From the NCBI RefSeq assembly GCF_040938485.1, contig NW_027271635.1:1798001-1862000 (forward strand): 64,000 nt of DNA, written 5' to 3'. How positions within the stretch are numbered: position 1 is the first letter of the stretch; the number at the start of each line of letters is the position of its first letter. The notes under the pieces were generated by a model. It saw only the letters and a program-made list of their open reading frames with translations. It did not search any database and was not told the DNA's origin. The translations under genes were made by a program, and so were the position numbers. The stretch is from Diadema antillarum (Eukaryota). Below are positions 57,810-64,000 of the stretch, one piece after another.

Positions 57810-60035
57810 CTGAAATTCCATAATCATAACGATACCAAAAAATGAAAGAATTTGTAAATTATGTGATACAATACATTTCTTTCTGGCCATCGATATTGTC
57901 TTTGATTTCAAGAGCTCATTCCTATCACAATGATTTTATCTTATGATAGTGTAAATCCGATTTAGTCGTGTTTGCCACATGCTTATTATTTATTTTGCGT
58001 TTAAACAATCCAAGCCATGATGGCTTGGATGTAATGCACTTCTGAAAGAAATGTTTCCATTTCCAAGAAGGAATACATACAAATAAGCGGTGTTAAGATT
58101 ATTTGTAAGCTGAATAATGTCTTTGTCAAAGAACCCCTACTCAAGGTCTGCTGCGAAATTGATTTACACATTTTAGTATATGGGTAAAAACATAGATGTA
58201 CCCGATAATAGAAAACTTTACCCCATTCATTCATTGCTATAACTACATCACTCAAACATAAATAATATGCAAAATATTTTAAAAGAAATGAAATCACAGA
58301 GAAGGTAAGGTCAACCACTAGCCGGACACAGTTTGACGAAAATTTATCCTTTATATTCAAATACAGTCACGAGGGCTGTAGTTGAGAGAAATAGGTGATT
58401 ACCGAGTAGGATAATTTGAATAACAGTAAAATGATTGAAAGACATCAAAAAGTTTCGAATTTTCAGATTTATGTCTCTGACGTGTAGATGGCCTCCTAAT
58501 CCTCAAAAACAGCATACAGAGAGGTATAGATCCACACCAGCGTGCTGTTAAGCCAGTGTGTTAAAGCCTACAACTTACGCCGATATTTGGTCCTATGGCG
58601 CCCCCGTTGTCTATAGAAGGACGCCCTCTTGTGAGACCACGCATTTCCGAACCGTCGACGACGCGGGCATAAAATATATCTGGCGTATAGGACGATGACT
58701 GCTGGTAGTATGGGTCGCTCTCAAAGGAGCCGTTGTCGAGCCCATGGTCGCCTGGTAGTGCCTCATTTTGTCTCAGATATGACTGTCAAATAAATTCAAA
58801 AGTGTATCATATACGATGATAACTGTGCAGATCACATTTTTTTCATAAATTTGGCAGTCTTTACATAACAACCGAAATATTGTTATACTGACAGAGGAAA
58901 TGATGTTAAACTGTTATATTTGTGAATATCTTTCACTTATTTATTCTAATAGCTTATAATGACCTGACCTGAGAAAATGAGGAAAATGTTTACAAACTTT
59001 GGTTTGTCTATTTTGAAAGTTATTATGTAAAGCTTCGTACGGTTCGCTTACACACCGCATGACAATACATCTCGTAGTTGAAATAGTAATTTCTTTTTCG
59101 GTACAGTATGATGTTTGCCCGTCATAAGGGAAAAACAAAGATACAAACATGCTTCACTCCGATTTCAAATGAATTAGATGCTGACTGACATTGCGGTTGG
59201 TCTGCTTATCTTCCAAAGTGTTAACATGCCATTATTAACATTGATCAACGAGTCGTATGGATGATATTCTATTGATATAAATTGGGCGAACTTCACACCA
59301 TTAAGGCAGATTAGGGAGAAAGAAAACGTACGGCAAGATGTTCGGGCACTCGAGGCCTCATCGCACCACCCCGGCCCATTCTCCCGAGGACGTCTCGGAG
59401 AACGCGCTGCATGCTGATCATGATGGACGTTTCGACCGGGTCAACGGAAAAGCGACGGCGTGATGTCGATTCAGACTCGTTGCCGTCATCGTCCAACTGC
59501 GCCTGCGCACGCAGTGACTCGGGTTTGGTCCAGCCTGGCTGGAAGTCCCTCTGCCTACGAGCCATCGATGACCTACTACCACTATAGCGGCTTGCCCCGC
59601 GGTCGCCGAAGGAAGAATACTCTGAGCCGTCGATGACTGGCGCGTAAAATGCTTCAGGGCCGTCGGGGGCGGACAGCCTAGGATTGCGAAGAACAGCTCG
59701 TGATGTGAAATTCTGAAAAGAAGAAAGAACACAAAGATATCTTTGGTGATAAGAAATTGAATCATGAAATGCTTGACAAGAAAATAAACAAACTGTAAAC
59801 TGTTGAAAACATTTTACATTATCTTGAATGACATACATGATTATAGTGAATGCTCCAAATCATTTGGTCGACTGTCTATGTGAAGTTAATCAAAACCTTT
59901 TCAGATATACTTTGTTGTCATCATGATGATACAAAGACAAATAAATCATTCAAATTTAATCAAATGTCTGGCGAATTGGATATCGCAGTAGTATACATTA
60001 TTATAGTAGCTGAACAATATAAATGTCCTTTATTG

Positions 60036-60096
<61 letters not shown>

Positions 60097-63000
60097 TATT
60101 GTTATGAATTTGCTACACTTTCAACAGAGCGGTTTTCTTTATATTTCTTTTAGAAACTAAACTAATTTCTCTGAGAATACAAGTAGATTTAGAACATGTC
60201 AAACATCAGGATCTGCATGCTTTGTCCTAGAAGCCCGCAGCGACCTAATCGTCTCATCACTGGTTATCATCTCATCAAAATCCCTTCTAATAAACCTACT
60301 ATACAAAGAAAAGTCAGTCTCTCTTGGTGATAAGACTCAGCTTTAGCGACATGTATTTGCTGAACTTATGGCAACAAAAATTGTCACTGTCAGCTGGAGG
60401 AGAGATAATCCTATTTTACTTCATAATCTTCTGGCACACGGACTTTCGACCATACTGTCATCATAATTGTTGTTATTTTCATCATCATAATTGTCATTAC
60501 ATTAGATATTTTTTGTTCATCTTTCGAACTAGTAAATCTTAATTGAGTCAATTTTGTATGTCCTTGACAGCCTGCCGATGTACTTAAATAGTTACACACG
60601 CATCAATGTAAAGCAGTTTGGAATTCCGCGCAGTACTACACAACTATGAAAGATGGTGATGACCAACTCTGCTACTGGTATGCTTCGAGTCTCATTCGCA
60701 TTCATTCCCACCAGTCCCCCGAAGGGAGCATCAACAGTCATACAAAGGAGGGACTCTAACAGGTTTTCAGGCACTCACGTCCGACCAGTCGGATCCGGCG
60801 ATCCTGTTACGTACGACAGCTCCAGACTCCACGGGATCCTTCCCTCCGCGTCGAAGCCCGTATCGCCGTCGATATCGAGCACATATCAAGCAAAGCAGGC
60901 AGCAAAGGGCTAGGAGGATGGCGCCAACGACGACACCGACGATGAGGACGGCAACTTGCCACGGGGCTTGAAATTGATTAGTAATGACCAAAATTATCAT
61001 CTTGATATCGATATTATTAATGCATATCTAGTGAACTCACGGAGATTTCTGCTTTTATATTAAGCACAAAATGACATAAGACAGGTACGGGGGAAAATGC
61101 TAATGATACAAATGGTATCAGCGAGAAAGATTGCACATAATCATTATCTCCGGGCAACAAAAGGTATCATGATTAAAATCAAGTAGACAACTTTGTGGAG
61201 GGCCGAACGAAAACTATAGTAAATTTTCATTAGTGCGAACTTGGAGAAATATTCTTGATTGTATGATTGAAAGTATATGACCCCTCTCAGTAGGACGGGA
61301 CCAACCAGGAGTTTGAACCATCCGATTTATTCGGTATGATTTCAGCTTCATCTTTGGGAGATACAAGTGACGAGGAAAGGAATACAGCAATAAAGTCAGA
61401 TCATTACCACGTGATTCCGACGAAACAATGTCATGAATGTTGTAGGAATATTTCAATTGTTCCCATGAAGAGTGACGGTTTTACTGAGATTTACCGCTCA
61501 GGTCTGCATAATTTTTAACGTAATTTTTAACGTAATTGAGATCGAATATAAAAGGCATTAAAGTTAAAGCCCGAGAAACCTAGTGGGAAAAGAAAGTGTT
61601 ATTAACGTGTGAAAGTAAAGGCAAAGAAGATGAAAAATCTTCATGAAGAGTATATAGAGGATGGGACTGAAAGGAAAAAGAGGTAGACAATAAGGATACA
61701 CATAAGTGAAGGAGAGATAGACAGAAAGATAGAGAGATACAATTTGTAGAGAGAGTAAACATACCGAGTGTTCCACCTGGTCCACTACTCGTCGTGGTTG
61801 CGATTGTTGTGCTCTCCGGTAAAAGTGTATAATCTGTAATGCAATGACAGACGAGTGCCAAACGATTAGATCGTATCAAATATTAGCAATATCAAGGACG
61901 TTATAAGCGAGCTCGCAAATAAAATTGCACCCTTGATGTATAGCTATCTGTATGTTTGGTTAAAGCAAAAAGAAAAAGAAACTAATCAGTTTTGAGTAGG
62001 AGCCATTTCATTTGGGGACTTACAAGACTCTTATTCACAATCATGATCAAATTCTTATGCAATTCTTTTCAGATTCAACTATATTCTGGTTATACTTGAA
62101 TAGAATATATTCTTCACTTGAGCAGATACTATCAAGTAGAAATTTCATGAGTTCACATTTGAAGCAATTCCTATTTGAATTAATAAAGTTGTTGTTGTTG
62201 TTGTTGTCGTCGTCGTTTTAGAGTGCTGTAATCTAAACTGCACATAGATGTGTACAGACATGTCACGGATGGTGACTACAAAATAATTATTCAATTTCAT
62301 TCAAGACAAATGAATTGAAATGAAGTGAATTGAATATTTCGACATAAAAGAACAGGCACGGACTCACTGAAGCCGCAGACACGCCCGGGTAGTTCTGCGG
62401 GGAAATAGTCTTCGTAACCATCCCAGCACTGGCACGTGAATCCACCGGCGTCTTGTGTATCGATGCAATCGGAGAACTCCGAGCAGTCGTTCAGATCGCT
62501 GGCGTTGCACTGATTCAGAGCTGTATATCAATAGCAGGTGCAATATCGATCAAATTTGACATTTTTCTTTTTACTATCGTCATTATAATAGGTTCCGGCA
62601 TCGTCAACGGAATATACTGGAATAAACATGATGCATTTTCTCATTTTTAGTTCGTAAGTGTTTTGCCATGCATATGGAAGATACCTCTGCTCTGTTTCGT
62701 AAAGAACGGCAACTTGCAAATGGGAAAGATTATATGTAAATCCTCTGACAGTTATGGACCTCCCTCGATTTCCTTACCCATTTTTGATGCATGGAAATCC
62801 AACGGCAACGACCTCGAGTACTTTACATATTCACGAGCTTACAATTATACAGATAGAGAGTCCAACAGAAACACACAGACAATCACTAACAGTTACAGCA
62901 CCGGCAGTTATATTTTTTAAAAACCAACAATTGGCTCAATAAAAAAAGAAGATAATCGTTGGCATTTCGCCATCTCCCCAACCCCCCCCCCCCCAAAAAA

Positions 63001-63431
63001 AAAAGAAACGCTCAAACACATCGAGACACTAGTCCTGACAGCAAAAACAAAATTTAATCTAAAATCTCGCCTTATACATGTTACAAGAGTAGTCAAAGGT
63101 TTATGTAATAGATTTGTGGATACTACCGGGGTCTATTTTGCTTTATTCCTGCAACTTCTTCTTGCAGACAGATTATGAGACCATTGGTTTAATTGGCTTG
63201 CTTACGTTGAACAGAGATACTGTTTGGACGAAGGAGGAGACTGGAGTTTGCGTCATCAAAAAGATAGTAGCTGTTGTTTACAGCCTCGGTCATGAGCATA
63301 GAGAAGAGTTCGTTGGAGTCGTCCGTGAGGTTGAAATGCACGTCGAACTCGGTCCCGATGCTGCCAGCGAAGAATCGGTACATTGTGGTTGTCACGTAGC
63401 TCAGTCTGATGCTCGTGTAGAAGATGTACAT
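57783..63431 (-). CDS. Gene M2 (5'-truncated by window edge): SEA-EGF-linker-TM-cytoplasmic tail, paralogue of M1
   Basis: Exons (minus): 63206-63431, 62368-62520, 61765-61833, 60779-60966, 59332-59712, 58579-58782, tentative 57783-57809. Same exon phases as M1, with homologous EGF, TM and tail motifs. Confidence 0.85.
58579..58782 (-). CDS. M2 exon: cytoplasmic tail 2
   Basis: gacag|SYLRQNE...DPYYQQ...IFYARVVDGSE...NIG|gtaagt, 204 nt, phase 0-0; not in the supplied ORF track. Confidence 0.8.
59332..59712 (-). CDS. M2 exon: cytoplasmic tail 1
   Basis: tttcag|NFTSR...NPR...GPEAFYAPVIDGSEY...PEHLA|gtacgt, 381 nt. Confidence 0.85.
60779..60966 (-). CDS. M2 exon: transmembrane helix
   Basis: 188 nt, phase 1-0, PWQVAVLIVGVVVGAILLALCCLLCLICARYRRR, donor gtgagt. 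Confidence 0.9.
61765..61833 (-). CDS. M2 exon: S/T linker
   Basis: 69 nt, phase 1-1, YTLLPESTTIATTTSSGPGGTL. Confidence 0.8.
62368..62520 (-). CDS. M2 exon: EGF-like
   Basis: 153 nt, LNQCNASDLNDCSEFSDCIDTQDAGGFTCQCWDGYEDYFPAELPGRVCGF. Confidence 0.92.
63206..63431 (-). CDS. M2 exon: SEA C-terminal half
   Basis: gcag|MYIFY...FFAGSIGTEFDVHF...SVQ|gtaagc, 226 nt, phase 0-1. Confidence 0.8.
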
Positions 63432-64000
63432 CTGCAGTTGATGCAAATACAATTATATACAATTTGTCGGAATGTCAGGAAAATTTAGCACGATTCAACA
63501 AAATGTATATCTTAAGATAACTTTTAGACGTGTGTGCATGCACGACAGTCTTTCATTGCTCCCCCCCCCCCCCCCCTTCTCAATCCGACCCTGGCCTCCA
63601 TGGACCATTTGATAATTCTCTGAATTCTGACGTTCGACAGTGTCAAATTAACACAACGAAGTGCCAGGTGAACACTTTTCAACACCATCACAACATACTT
63701 TCTACACTTCATACTTTCTACACTTGTCGATGTGGTGCTCTGTTGATACATGATCGATGTTAGATTAAAACCCATGGTGTTAAATCTAACACCTATGTTT
63801 TTGTAGTGTAGTTGATTGTTGGTTTGTTTCTTATATGCACCATTTAATTTTCAATAAAAGATGAAATAATGCTCTCGAAAATCGTGCATCTTGCACATGT
63901 CACAAATCACAAAACTGTACGCATAATATATAATTATACACTGCCACTTACCGATCGGCTGATGATCGTGGTAAGATCTATGTACAATGGGCTTAGTGGA

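Noticed and set aside
2856-63431. Assigning named gene symbols (CFH, CR1, MUC, SVEP1, SpCRL/SpCRS, UMODL1)
   Set aside because: Domain content overlaps these families, but the architectures do not match and orthology cannot be shown without searches.

Overview
Eukaryotic, AT-rich, intron-containing DNA with three N-gaps. The repeat landscape and protein types suggest an invertebrate deuterostome, probably an echinoderm such as a sea urchin (inference). I reconstructed three spliced genes by hand from GT-AG sites and intron phases. (1) Gene S, + strand, 2856-12921: a predicted secreted ~506-aa protein made of a signal peptide and 8 sushi/CCP exons, one of them degenerate. (2) Gene M1, - strand, 43754-17946: a predicted ~2218-aa type I membrane protein with signal peptide, 6 sushi, [mucin-EGF-EGF-SEA-EGF]x2, linker, TM and cytoplasmic tail. 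(3) Gene M2, - strand, from beyond 64000 to ~57783: the 3' part of a paralogue of M1 (SEA, EGF, linker, TM, tail). S and M1 are convergent and share the same A/B/C sushi exon cassette in inverted orientation. S ends exactly where M1 splices on to its mucin stalk. The M1 and M2 tails share an F[YF]Axx[VI]DGSE motif and carry ITIM-like tyrosines. Together this suggests a membrane receptor / soluble counterpart cluster (hypothesis). Introns and intergenic DNA hold several MITE families (piggyBac-, Kolobok-, Sola1- and TA-target-like), a Helentron-type HINE, LINE 3' ends, tRNA-derived SINE-like heads, a triple-nested palindrome and microsatellites. No database searches were run.
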